In this document: positions 35,057 through 44,878 of the stretch, in pieces
Numbering within the stretch: the stretch's first letter is position 1
Layout: every line of letters begins with the position of its first letter
IMG/VR virus record: IMGVR_UViG_3300045988_100686
Coordinates: 64,001-128,000 of that record
Length of the DNA stretch: 64,000 nucleotides
Source: a virus
Strand: one strand, 5' to 3'
Made by a program: the position numbers and the translations under genes
The notes under the pieces: generated by a model
Told to the model about the DNA's origin: nothing
The model's database searches: none
The model's input: only the letters and a program-made list of their open reading frames with translations

Positions 35057-35722
35057 TCACCATTGTATCATCTCATACGCTACACGTCCCTCAAGATGAT
35101 TGTCACCATCAACACCCACCTGGTACGTCATACGGTTGTTACGGTAGTGGACACCGTAGCTCTTGCCAACACCTTCGTTGTAACCGACGTAGACACCAAG
35201 ACCCACGGTTTTCTTTATATTTTTAATTGAATATATAGTGGTTCCGGGTTTGACATTGCTCTCTTTGTCCACAATAACCTTATCTCCATTACGGCGTTCA
35301 AGCTCTTTATCAATGTTTTCCTTTGAGCTCTCTTCAGGAGTAAAGTATGCGCGGTCATATCTCTTATCTAGCTTAAGAGTACTGGAGTTCAGGCTCTGAT
35401 GAGACTTTAGTTCTTTAGAAATCTGTTCCGCCTCTTCCAGCTTCTTGATCTCAGTGATCTCCTTGTAGACTTCGTTCTTTTTGTTTCCCATGGCCTTGTC
35501 CACAGTTTCCTGCGTAACTCCACCGTTAACCACCATTATTTTGCCTCTGCTTGTATACCAGTTCCACAATAGCAGGTAAAAAATAAGCAGCAGAGTGATA
35601 AACAGGATCAGCATTGATATGAAGCGGTGTTCACTACACCATTCATAGACTTCCTTTAGTTTCCCGTTTGCCATCTTCAGTAATGTCTTTATCTTTGTCA
35701 ACATATTGTAAGTGCTCCTCAC
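35057..35722 (-). CDS. bitopic membrane protein (N-terminal TM)
   Basis: 221 aa; FISMLILFITLLLIFYLLLWNWY TM helix. Confidence 0.5.
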   Translation of the reverse strand: MRSTYNMLTKIKTLLKMANGKLKEVYEWCSEHRFISMLILFITLLLIFYLLLWNWYTSRGKIMVVNGGVTQETVDKAMGNKKNEVYKEITEIKKLEEAEQISKELKSHQSLNSSTLKLDKRYDRAYFTPEESSKENIDKELERRNGDKVIVDKESNVKPGTTIYSIKNIKKTVGLGVYVGYNEGVGKSYGVHYRNNRMTYQVGVDGDNHLEGRVAYEMIQW

Positions 35723-36212
35723 TAATATCTTCTAAATTGAGTTTTTCTCGTCTGGTCACAGATACCCATACGTTTGTCCATGTTCTCACAGCCTTTTCCA
35801 TGCCCCATGCACCTAGTGTGTGTGTAACAATAAGCACCACAACGGAGATAAAGCATATAGCTGAGAAATCATGGTTGCCAAGCATCATTACAGCGAGCAT
35901 CGGGGTTACCGCACAGTTCACGATACCTGATGCCATTGCCACACGCCATTTGAATACGTATTTCTTTGATTGACGTCGATCAGATAGCATATTTCGTTGC
36001 AGATTGATATACGCTATATATAGAATCATGCCAAGAATAAAGCATATCATGTGCGCTATCACTGTTAGCACCGATTCAACCGTAAGATACTCATGAACAA
36101 GTGCCTCACTGACCAGCACTGTTATACTATTTTCCGGTATCTGATTCAAGCTCACCACCCATCCTTGCTGCGAGTTTTCGTTGCCTGGATCTGAGTACCG
36201 TGTAGGTAACAC
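35643..36212 (-). CDS. polytopic membrane protein (holin-like, 3-4 TM)
   Basis: 189 aa with several hydrophobic helices; overlaps neighbours so true start may be internal. Confidence 0.45.
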   Translation of the reverse strand: MLPTRYSDPGNENSQQGWVVSLNQIPENSITVLVSEALVHEYLTVESVLTVIAHMICFILGMILYIAYINLQRNMLSDRRQSKKYVFKWRVAMASGIVNCAVTPMLAVMMLGNHDFSAICFISVVVLIVTHTLGAWGMEKAVRTWTNVWVSVTRREKLNLEDISEEHLQYVDKDKDITEDGKRETKGSL

Positions 36213-37083
36213 CCAGGATGACCATGAGACCTACCGTAAATCCAATATTCACAAGGCCTCTAGCTATGATTGAACTAGTTTCCTTCAAATGGTCCTTTCC
36301 TAAAGCAGCACTAAAATCGTTTATTCTATGTATAGTCTCTGTTGACAGCGGCTGGACAGCGACAATCACAGCCAACGTAGAGTTTGCTGACTGCGTACCA
36401 TCAGGGTTAGTATTGGCATTCCCGAACATATCAGCGTGATCATAGATATACGCAGGAGTAAGCAGATACACAGCCGACAGGTCTTTAACGCTGTTTACTA
36501 CTTCTCCCGGCTGCATGACACTGATATCCCCTGTAACCTTGTCAATCATTGCTACACTCCCCTGTGGCATATTGAACAACTGCGTCAGGTTTCTTTGAAT
36601 ACGTATAGGGTCAGAGCTGTCAGATGTAAAGTAAACACGCGTTTTGCTTATTACTGCCAAACGCACGTTCATACCTCCAGAGCACCATTTGTCAATATAC
36701 TCATAGCAAGCCTTGGAAATATCCTTGTAAACTACATTATTATTGTTATCCAGAACAAAATAGTTATCAATGTCTTTACGCAGCTGTCCTTGATTACCTG
36801 CATAATCACGTTCCAATTGCTCTGACACATCATCCCGTAGATTCCTGGAGTGGACAACTGAAAGTCTGATACTACTTTCTACAAGCTCGTTCTGGTAGTA
36901 CTTACTAGCAGTCATAGCCTGAGCTTGCAGCTCTTTGTAATCCTCGTTTGTATGCTCAAGCTCAGACATCATTGTGTACGCTGCAAACACTGCCACTACT
37001 GCAGTCATAAGCAACAAATATAAACAGTTACGGCGAATACCTACATTATGCCTATCAATATACTTCAATATATAACCTTTCAT
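36127..37083 (-). CDS. membrane-anchored protein with N- and C-terminal TM helices
   Basis: 318 aa; LYLLLMTAVVAVFAAYTMM and IGFTVGLMVILGVTYTVL. Confidence 0.5.
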   Translation of the reverse strand: MKGYILKYIDRHNVGIRRNCLYLLLMTAVVAVFAAYTMMSELEHTNEDYKELQAQAMTASKYYQNELVESSIRLSVVHSRNLRDDVSEQLERDYAGNQGQLRKDIDNYFVLDNNNNVVYKDISKACYEYIDKWCSGGMNVRLAVISKTRVYFTSDSSDPIRIQRNLTQLFNMPQGSVAMIDKVTGDISVMQPGEVVNSVKDLSAVYLLTPAYIYDHADMFGNANTNPDGTQSANSTLAVIVAVQPLSTETIHRINDFSAALGKDHLKETSSIIARGLVNIGFTVGLMVILGVTYTVLRSRQRKLAARMGGELESDTGK

Positions 37084-37095
37084 AGTCTCATCCCC

Positions 37096-38052
37096 TTAAG
37101 TCATAGCTTTCTTTGCCATAGATACTACCTTAGTGTCCTCATATACATACATTATTACATCCTCAGAAGACCGCTTATCATTGATGTAGATTCCATCTGC
37201 AACATATGCTTTAGGGTTATTCACTGACATACTTAGTATTAACTGACTGCCCTTGTTTACTTTGTATATCCCTGGTTTACCAAGGTTTGACTGAATAATA
37301 GTACCTTCTCCTGCTTCTATACTAACAGTACATGTTTCTCGTTTTCCTCCCTGTGAACTAGGGAGTCTCATAATATAATATTTGCATACATACGGTGTGA
37401 TTACATTGAATTGTACCACTGATTGGCTAGCCGTACCAGTTTCTGATGAATCTTCCTTGTAACAGTACATCTGCCCACCAGTACCCGTAGGATAAATTTC
37501 TTTATCCCACTGTCCGAATTTTTTATATGCTTCATACCTGCCATTGCTAGAATACACACCAACAATATTGTGAAATTTATGTACATGGTTTCTCATAATC
37601 GCTGTGGAGTTTACACTATGTACAAATGAGCCACCTTCTTTTCCTATTGGACATGCTCCACTCCAGCAAACAGCAATCCTCTGGCGTAGGTCCGGTGTTC
37701 CATTAACACCATCACAGATAACCCAGTTAGTTGGTACATCACCTAGTTCACCCGCCCATATAGCTATAGAATAGGGAGGAAAATCATCTTCGCTTAACAA
37801 GGATTCTATAAGATCTAGCTCTTTTATATATCCATCAATGAGATCTAGGAGCTCTGGGTAAAAAAATCCATTTTCCGTAGTTGTTACCCTTGCATGTTCA
37901 TGGTCTCCCCTTGTACCAGCATGGCGATCCAGCGCTGTAACAGTAGTCTGTACATTGTCTCTCAGTTCTGTAACAAATTCTTTCTTGATCAGGATATTGT
38001 GATACAGTGTTTTATCTGTGTACTCATTGAGTACTACGTCTGAATTTGCCAT
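37096..38052 (-). CDS. tail fibre protein with phage tail-collar domain
   Basis: IAIWAGELGDVPTNWVICDGVNGTPDLRQR matches the collar consensus (..W.lCdG...tPdLRg); N-terminal HEHARVTTTENGFFYPELL module shared with next two genes. Confidence 0.6.
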   Translation of the reverse strand: MANSDVVLNEYTDKTLYHNILIKKEFVTELRDNVQTTVTALDRHAGTRGDHEHARVTTTENGFFYPELLDLIDGYIKELDLIESLLSEDDFPPYSIAIWAGELGDVPTNWVICDGVNGTPDLRQRIAVCWSGACPIGKEGGSFVHSVNSTAIMRNHVHKFHNIVGVYSSNGRYEAYKKFGQWDKEIYPTGTGGQMYCYKEDSSETGTASQSVVQFNVITPYVCKYYIMRLPSSQGGKRETCTVSIEAGEGTIIQSNLGKPGIYKVNKGSQLILSMSVNNPKAYVADGIYINDKRSSEDVIMYVYEDTKVVSMAKKAMT

Positions 38053-39626
38053 TACTGACTCACTCCTATTTCTCTAACCTGCACAGTTCCTCCAATTATT
38101 TGAGCTACTAGTGACGCTGAGGCCGCTGTTGCCTCAAGCTTAATAGTAACCAAATGTTTACCTTTATTTAAAGTCATAGATGAATACACAGAATTAACCA
38201 GCATTTCCCCACTATCTACGTAAGAAAGAGTGTTCGATGCTTCTGTATGTCCATCCAACAGAACATCAACGTTAACTTCTGCGTCGTCTCTACGATATCC
38301 ATAGAAATTACTAAAGACTTTCGGTGTGATTTTTACTCTATACGTACCAGATGAAGGTATTTCAAAGTTTACATTGGTCAAAACATACTTTGTATCCTTG
38401 CTCTTTACCTCAACAGTCTCAGAGAAAGGGATAGATATATTGACAATAGGTCCTGGGTCTACACCTATAGATTGAACAGCACCATTACTACGTGGATCAT
38501 AAACCCTTCCTGACCATCCACGTTCGGTCACCGTGTAGTCAAGCACTTGCATACCAGGTATGTCATGATCGCTATCAACAGTTAGCTTCGTACCATACAA
38601 GTAATCCTCATCAGTTACATACTCACCATCGATATAAGTTTTAACTAATTCATTCTGGTTGACTTTAACATTGATGATCTTGATACCTGTAACACCCACA
38701 ACGTCCATATCGTCGTAAACCCTGACATAACATGGTGTACCACGACTTTCGCCAGCTACTGTTAGGCTGAGCATCTCATGTGCTTCATCAGCACTGAATT
38801 CAATAAGTATTATCGTTCCAGATTTAACAGTCTTAGACTCTACTACAGCTCCGTCGATACTGATCTGCCCACCCTCTGTAGGCTGGTGAACTGTGATAAC
38901 ACAATCTTTGATATTATCATCCCCGCGCATGATAAACGGGACTTTGATGGTTCTAGGAAGCAACTTGTCAATGGTAAAGCTTGCATTGCCACCAACATAG
39001 TCAAACTCATCTTCAAAGTAGCAACTAGAGTTATCCCAGTCCCATGAGCTCAAACGAAGATCATTTGGGATTGGGTTTCTAAAACCTTCTCCCTTTTCTG
39101 TATCATTTGGATAACAGCACCAGCAATTATAAAACGTATGATGATGTGGGACAATTCCTGATGATTTTGCAAGAGTTTCATTTATATTTGTTTCACCATT
39201 GGAGGAAGAATGGAGGGGATATGTCGCTGTAACACTACCACCTAATACATATTTACCACGTATATCAGGGGTTCCATTTTGGCCATTACAATAAAACCAC
39301 TTATCAGGAGGAGCACTCGGCAGTCCATCATACATAACTATAATCCTAGCAGGTACACGTTGATCAACCCTGGATTCTAGCTCTGATAGCCTATTTTCTA
39401 TATCACTGATTTCCTTGACTATCTCTGGAGTAATAAATCCAGGCTGCGTGAGAGTTACAGCTTTATGCGCTTCATAGCTCTCTAGGTTACGGTGATACTC
39501 AAGGTCTACATCAATTAATTTTATGTTATTTTCTAATTCAACAAAATGTTTTTCTGATACGGGAGTTTCACCCGAATATATTGGGTTGTCTATCCAGGTG
39601 ACAACACCAGATATTTGTCTTGCCAT
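38052..39626 (-). CDS. tail fibre protein with tail-collar domain (paralog 2)
   Basis: IIVMYDGLPSAPPDKWFYCNGQNGTPDIRGKYV; N-terminal HKAVTLTQPGFITPEIV module. Confidence 0.6.
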   Translation of the reverse strand: MARQISGVVTWIDNPIYSGETPVSEKHFVELENNIKLIDVDLEYHRNLESYEAHKAVTLTQPGFITPEIVKEISDIENRLSELESRVDQRVPARIIVMYDGLPSAPPDKWFYCNGQNGTPDIRGKYVLGGSVTATYPLHSSSNGETNINETLAKSSGIVPHHHTFYNCWCCYPNDTEKGEGFRNPIPNDLRLSSWDWDNSSCYFEDEFDYVGGNASFTIDKLLPRTIKVPFIMRGDDNIKDCVITVHQPTEGGQISIDGAVVESKTVKSGTIILIEFSADEAHEMLSLTVAGESRGTPCYVRVYDDMDVVGVTGIKIINVKVNQNELVKTYIDGEYVTDEDYLYGTKLTVDSDHDIPGMQVLDYTVTERGWSGRVYDPRSNGAVQSIGVDPGPIVNISIPFSETVEVKSKDTKYVLTNVNFEIPSSGTYRVKITPKVFSNFYGYRRDDAEVNVDVLLDGHTEASNTLSYVDSGEMLVNSVYSSMTLNKGKHLVTIKLEATAASASLVAQIIGGTVQVREIGVSQ

Positions 39627-39638
39627 GTGTTGTCCTCC

Positions 39639-41219
39639 TTAACATCCTGTAATATAATAAGTTATCGTATCTGTACTAAGATGATCACCGAGATTAACAA
39701 CGATAGACTCCAGAGTAAACGACTTAATTGTTGGCTGATCGCTGTCTGGATTAGTATTCCGCAGTTTAACATTGAGTATCTTTGTTTTCATCGCTCTAGG
39801 TAACACGATTGTTTCAGAAACACCCTGGCTTCCCCATACACTAAGCGTACCATCAGAGTTCTCTACCCAGTTATCACCTATAGAATCAGGATCCGATGAT
39901 ATCGTAGCAGCTGCTTTGGTAGTCATTGCAGAAAGTGCAATAACTGTGTTTTCAGCTTCAGCATCAATTGTCACATATTCTGGGTGATATGCACGAATAG
40001 CGAATGTGAGGTTATTCGTATCACATACTTTCCCATTACCAGGATTTCCAATATCTATATTTTCCGATGTAATACACTGCCCCACCGTTGGCGGGTCTCC
40101 AGAACCCGGGCCATAATTATTTCCGCTACCATTCCACCCAATCCCAGTACTACCTGTAGGATATGTTGCATTAGAGTAATCGAACCAGCCCCAAGTACCA
40201 TTGTTGTTTGACCAGCTTCCAATTGCATGATAATGTTTAGAAACTTTCTGCTCAGTAGTACTTAGTTCACCATAGATCTCATTCACCGCCATACAGCTAT
40301 TCTGTATAACAGGTAATCGTATCATTCCAGCAGTAGATGATTCTCCAAAGTACGGTACACTGCCATACTTGTTTTTATACGAAGTCCATGCAGACTCAGA
40401 TATTACGAGGTTTGTATTCATTGCATACTGATACAGGCCTCTGTATAACTTTTTTGATACAAGTGACCCATTAAGCTCCAATAGTCCTTCAGGGGTATTC
40501 TTAGACAATACAATGTGTATAGTGCCAACACCATCAGTAACTTCAGGTGCAATCTGTGATGTTTTCTTTATAACTGCAAGTGACTTATACGGTGGCACAA
40601 TGTCTACAGATTTTTGACCTCCATTAACATAAGGTATTACAGTCGTCACCGTAGAATCATAATACGCTGACGGCCATACTGGAGTTGACCTATCTGAATC
40701 AGTTCCAAGTCTATTGCCATAGTATTTTAGTTGCACACCTGTATAACCTGAAATTTCTTTCCAACTTTCTGAGAAAACATAGTTATTAAAAGAATGTGTA
40801 TGTCTTGGGACAGGGAATTCTGTAATATCAACAGAATCCCTGCCAGATACCTCAGTGTACTCACTGTCAGACTTTGCTTCCATGACGAATTTCCCACGCA
40901 TATCCAGGGTATCATTACTGCCGTTACAAAGCACAAACCCCTCTGGAATTTCAGTCTCACTTTTTGACCAGTACAACATAGAACCTTCTGGTAGCACAGC
41001 CTCTTCAGTTCGTTTACGCAGGTCTGCTATTTGCAGCTTGAATCCTAGCAGCTTGTTATACAAGTCTTTATCCATGAATCCTGGGTGCTCCGTAGTTCCT
41101 ACCACATGAGCATCACCCCCGGAACCAATGTGGTCACGTATCTTTTGTGCGATGCCTTCAAGGCTGTTTCGTAGTTCAGGTATTTTCTCCTTGATAACTA
41201 CCTTGTCTTTCACTGTCAT
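39639..41219 (-). CDS. tail fibre protein with tail-collar domain (paralog 3)
   Basis: SMLYWSKSETEIPEGFVLCNGSNDTLDMRGKFV; N-terminal DAHVVGTTEHPGFMDKDLY module. Confidence 0.6.
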   Translation of the reverse strand: MTVKDKVVIKEKIPELRNSLEGIAQKIRDHIGSGGDAHVVGTTEHPGFMDKDLYNKLLGFKLQIADLRKRTEEAVLPEGSMLYWSKSETEIPEGFVLCNGSNDTLDMRGKFVMEAKSDSEYTEVSGRDSVDITEFPVPRHTHSFNNYVFSESWKEISGYTGVQLKYYGNRLGTDSDRSTPVWPSAYYDSTVTTVIPYVNGGQKSVDIVPPYKSLAVIKKTSQIAPEVTDGVGTIHIVLSKNTPEGLLELNGSLVSKKLYRGLYQYAMNTNLVISESAWTSYKNKYGSVPYFGESSTAGMIRLPVIQNSCMAVNEIYGELSTTEQKVSKHYHAIGSWSNNNGTWGWFDYSNATYPTGSTGIGWNGSGNNYGPGSGDPPTVGQCITSENIDIGNPGNGKVCDTNNLTFAIRAYHPEYVTIDAEAENTVIALSAMTTKAAATISSDPDSIGDNWVENSDGTLSVWGSQGVSETIVLPRAMKTKILNVKLRNTNPDSDQPTIKSFTLESIVVNLGDHLSTDTITYYITGC

Positions 41220-41231
41220 CCTAATCCCTCC

Positions 41232-43193
41232 TTAGTAATACAGGGCATACCCTGCACCAGAGTCATCAGAGAACAGCGTTGCATCACCCATCTCAAACTT
41301 AAGTTTGCTCCATGTAAGACGTAGCGTGTTCAGGTTCGGCATCACATACATAAACACCTTTGCACTTACAGCGTTAGACGGAGCAACTGCAGCTGTAGAC
41401 ACGTATTTCGGCTGATATACATGTGTTATGTTAGCTTTAGTCGTAGAAATTTCAGCGCCTTCAGAGTTATACCATGTTATACCAATACCTGCTTCTCCAG
41501 AAGAGCCTTCCTGAGAGTACATTACCGCACGGAACGTATACAGTTGTGATGGCTTGATGCCTATAGTATCAGAGTACACTCTTGATTCTTCAGGAGGCGT
41601 ACCAACCCACAGGAAACAGTTACCAGCATACGTATCATTATGCACTGGGCTAAAAAACTCTTTATTATAATCATTCCAGCCAATATATGCCAACCTAGCA
41701 GTAGGATTGAGAATAAGATTAACACCAACCTTGTCTAACACATCTTGCACTGACTCACCTGCGTCAGCTGCACCGAGGTCGTTAGACTTTTTAAAGCTAA
41801 ATGCTTTTTTAGCTAGTGAAATGATATACAACTCAATATCATTAATCCATTCCCGATCATAGCGTACTTCAGTTACAGGTCCATTAAAGTAATCGGCGTT
41901 AATACGATCGGTACCAAGTATAATATCACCCTTGATAATCTTTGAAGTATCTATGAGCAGCTGAGCTGAATAGATTTTAGGTCCAGCAACGATTGCATAT
42001 TCTACAATGCTTTTCTCTGGATTCTCTTCCTGAGGGCGTATACGCAGGCAGTTAAGCAAATACTCGCCCATATACTTATCAGGAACAGTAAACTCATCAC
42101 TATATGTAACAGTACCATCATCATAGATATACAATGAGAAAACAAGGTTTGTACCATCCTTACTACGGTGTACACCGCCAATCTTGACATTTCCCATACT
42201 GATAAACGCTGGCCCAATCGGTCCAGAATGTGTAGCAAGGGAATACGGTTTATATATTGACCAATTAAGCAAACTAATGTTTCCTAGGTCTGGTTGAATA
42301 ATATTTTTATATTCACAAGTACACTGCTGACGTGTTGTCATAGTATACGGGGATAAAATTCCGCCAGCCTGAATCATAACATTTTTAAACGTAAACAAAG
42401 CACGACTCTCTGACTCTTTAAACCGAACAGCTATTTGTACTTGAAAATACTTGCCAGAGCTTGGTACATCAATGTTCTCTATGCCTACAACGCCATCATA
42501 GCTACCCTTGATAACCGAGGTATCATGAGAAGCCACCTGGGTTGTTTGGTCACTGGCAAGGATTTTAAATCTATACTGAACTTCAGTAGCAGTGGAAACC
42601 ATGTTTGATGAAGTTGTAAGTGTAAGTCCGCCAGAAACTTTGTTTAAAGCGTTTTCAATGCCAGTCAATGGGATTATTGGAGAAGTAATAGTAACATCAC
42701 CTGGAACAACACCATCATAGATATCCATTGTTGATACCTGTAAATACGTATCAGCAGACGCCATTACACTAGCCTCTAGGCCATCAGTCACATTAACAGT
42801 CCAGCCAGTCAGCGTCTTCAATGAGGAATCCGCGGATCCGTAGCTCATCATATTAGTAGCAGCACGTTGCGGCCATGCTGCACCGATAAACGTAGAATCA
42901 GCTAGGAATACATCTTCTGGACTTGTTGTAAGCTCAGGAGCTTGCAGACCTATTACATCAATACCTTTTCCTTCACAATGTGACAGAAATCGTGTGTTAT
43001 TAGTAGTAAACAAGGAAGAACTGCGAGCCATGTAGGTCATCGCTGCTTCCATTTTAATGTCCCTGTTAATTGAGTCCACAACAGATCTATTAAAGTTTTC
43101 CGTAGTGGCTGCTTCACCACTTTTTATCTTAATTTTATCATAGTCAGTTGCTGTAATTACAGGGGTATTACTTGAAAAATCTTCAAATGCCAT
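41232..43193 (-). CDS. large tail fibre / receptor-binding protein candidate
   Basis: 653 aa, beta-rich Ser/Thr/Asn-rich, GGAGG RBS, first gene after a terminator. Confidence 0.45.
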   Translation of the reverse strand: MAFEDFSSNTPVITATDYDKIKIKSGEAATTENFNRSVVDSINRDIKMEAAMTYMARSSSLFTTNNTRFLSHCEGKGIDVIGLQAPELTTSPEDVFLADSTFIGAAWPQRAATNMMSYGSADSSLKTLTGWTVNVTDGLEASVMASADTYLQVSTMDIYDGVVPGDVTITSPIIPLTGIENALNKVSGGLTLTTSSNMVSTATEVQYRFKILASDQTTQVASHDTSVIKGSYDGVVGIENIDVPSSGKYFQVQIAVRFKESESRALFTFKNVMIQAGGILSPYTMTTRQQCTCEYKNIIQPDLGNISLLNWSIYKPYSLATHSGPIGPAFISMGNVKIGGVHRSKDGTNLVFSLYIYDDGTVTYSDEFTVPDKYMGEYLLNCLRIRPQEENPEKSIVEYAIVAGPKIYSAQLLIDTSKIIKGDIILGTDRINADYFNGPVTEVRYDREWINDIELYIISLAKKAFSFKKSNDLGAADAGESVQDVLDKVGVNLILNPTARLAYIGWNDYNKEFFSPVHNDTYAGNCFLWVGTPPEESRVYSDTIGIKPSQLYTFRAVMYSQEGSSGEAGIGITWYNSEGAEISTTKANITHVYQPKYVSTAAVAPSNAVSAKVFMYVMPNLNTLRLTWSKLKFEMGDATLFSDDSGAGYALYY

Positions 43194-43239
43194 AAGGGCA
43201 ATACCTCCTCTCTATGTCTACTCATATTATACCTGGGAT

Positions 43240-43272
43240 ATAAGAAAACCTCCCCAGAAATCCAGGGAGGTT
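43240..43272 (-). terminator. rho-independent terminator downstream of 43317 gene
   Basis: minus strand AACCTCCC-loop-GGGAGGTT then UUUUCUUAU. Confidence 0.5.
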
Positions 43273-43316
43273 ATAGTTAAGCCAGGTCAGACAAGGAGAG
43301 ACGGTACTGCCACTAC

Positions 43317-44075
43317 TTACGGAGTAGTGGTGGTAGTAGTTGTCTTTGCAGCAATAGCTGCCAGTACTTCTTGAGTAGACAGGCGGTTCTTGAGGTCAGA
43401 GATCTCACTGTTTTGACGGTCAATAATACGAGACTGCTCACGCATCTCCAGTTGACAGAATTTATCATTGATAATCTGAGTCTGTGCATCAATCTTAGCA
43501 CCAAGAATGTTGGTTTGCTGTTGCATCTGAGTGCTCAGAGCATTAGTTTGATTGATTATCTGCAGCTGATTTTCATAGTTAGATGTGGTAATCGCATTTT
43601 TAATTTCGCAGCAGCAAGCCTGCATACGGCTCATCATATCTGCATTTCCAGACTGAATAGCATTGACAACCTGTTGAGTAGACATACCTACTTGTCCAGC
43701 AACTTTATCAATACCACATTGGATAGCATTAAGTGCAGTAGGTACAGAGTTCATATCACAGTTAAGAGCTGAGCTGATACGTTCAATAGCTTCTTTGTTG
43801 CCATTAACAGCTTGGAGCATTAACTGGTCACTTACTCCGGCAGCTTGAGCCTTAGCTATAGCAGTTTCTACTGCGCCGGTAATAGCTGCGTCATTAATTG
43901 CTGCACCAGCGGCATTCTGACCTCTGTTTCCAAACAGTCCACCATTACCGTAGCCAAATAGCAGAAGCAGGAAAATCCATAAGAAGCCGTTGTTTCCACC
44001 AATTCCATTGTTGTCATTGTTTTTCACTGCATTTTGCAAAAAGTTCGCCAGGTCAAGGGACATATTCTCATTCAT
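43317..44075 (-). CDS. membrane-anchored Gln-rich coiled-coil protein with C-terminal poly-Thr
   Basis: start reassigned to ATG 44075 (TAGGAGGAAA RBS 6 nt upstream; the track's 44123 start is 16 codons further 5'); TM FLWIFLLLLFGY; C-terminus TTTTTTTTP encoded by (ACT/ACC)8. Confidence 0.5.
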   Translation of the reverse strand: MNENMSLDLANFLQNAVKNNDNNGIGGNNGFLWIFLLLLFGYGNGGLFGNRGQNAAGAAINDAAITGAVETAIAKAQAAGVSDQLMLQAVNGNKEAIERISSALNCDMNSVPTALNAIQCGIDKVAGQVGMSTQQVVNAIQSGNADMMSRMQACCCEIKNAITTSNYENQLQIINQTNALSTQMQQQTNILGAKIDAQTQIINDKFCQLEMREQSRIIDRQNSEISDLKNRLSTQEVLAAIAAKTTTTTTTP

Positions 44076-44221
44076 AGTCAGTTTCCTCCTATACGTAGAC
44101 GATAGTGCACTGGATCCATTCACTTTATGAGTCTAGTATAGCATACAAAGAGTACCAAAGTTGACTATTAAATCACCTGGTTTTCATCACTGGTCACAGT
44201 TAAAACATTCTTAACCTTTGA

Positions 44222-44262
44222 AATAATAAAAAGCCCGTTACCCCAGGAGAGGGCAACGGACT
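44222..44262 (-). terminator. rho-independent terminator downstream of sigma-r4-like gene
   Basis: minus strand CCGTTGCCC-tctcct-GGGGTAACGG then GCUUUUUAUUAUUU. Confidence 0.6.
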
Positions 44263-44265
44263 TCT

Positions 44266-44541
44266 CTATAGATTTGACATACATAGCAGCTTTTGCGCAA
44301 ATTTGTCAATCCGCTTTAACAATGATTTGACATGCCTGTCAAGTGTCGAGGGCGACATTCCCAGTTCTTCTGCTACAAATTCTCTCGTAGGCTTGAAATC
44401 ACGTTGACGGTAGCGTAGCTCTAGAATCTTACGCTCCTCTGGTACCATACCCAGAAAGTTGCATAGACTTTCATAGTCTAGCTGTGGGATTTCCCTGAGC
44501 ATCTGCTCAATTGCCTTACGATTTTGTTTTGTTAAGGCCAT
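44266..44541 (-). CDS. sigma-70 region-4-like HTH protein (putative late transcription regulator)
   Basis: 91 aa; ERKILELRYRQRDFKPTREFVAEELGMSPSTLDRHVKSLLKRI resembles ECF-sigma region 4.2 (L..REVF.LRY..G.S..EIA..LG.S.GTVKSRL.RA). Confidence 0.5.
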   Translation of the reverse strand: MALTKQNRKAIEQMLREIPQLDYESLCNFLGMVPEERKILELRYRQRDFKPTREFVAEELGMSPSTLDRHVKSLLKRIDKFAQKLLCMSNL

Positions 44542-44542
44542 T

Positions 44543-44833
44543 TTAAGCCTCCTTGAACGCGGCTTCCAGAGGTTTCAGTAATACATTTTCCAGTCTGCTA
44601 ACACGTTTTTCTAAAACGACCACCGGGTCTTCACTACCTGCATGTATATTCTGTGTTGTCTGTGATACATAAACGTATTCTTGCCCACCTAAGAATAGAT
44701 GCAGGCTGTCATTCTCCTTACAATGATAGCCTTGTGGAGCTGTGAAACTTGATTGTCTAGCCGTTTGAGGGATAAGAGTTTCATTGTTAACTGTAAAAAT
44801 TGTTAGGGTTTGAGGCCCTGTAAGATTAAGCAT
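44543..44833 (-). CDS. hypothetical protein (96 aa)
   Basis: ORF; ATG 2 nt after upstream stop. Confidence 0.45.
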   Translation of the reverse strand: MLNLTGPQTLTIFTVNNETLIPQTARQSSFTAPQGYHCKENDSLHLFLGGQEYVYVSQTTQNIHAGSEDPVVVLEKRVSRLENVLLKPLEAAFKEA

Positions 44834-44878
44834 ACGGAATCACACTCCTTAATGGATGTATGTCCCAGTTGACCCAGC

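Noticed and set aside
43194-43316. Promoter call from TATAAT at 43226..43231 (minus strand)
   Set aside because: No acceptable -35 element at 16-18-nt spacing, and the phage encodes its own polymerase, whose promoters are unknown.
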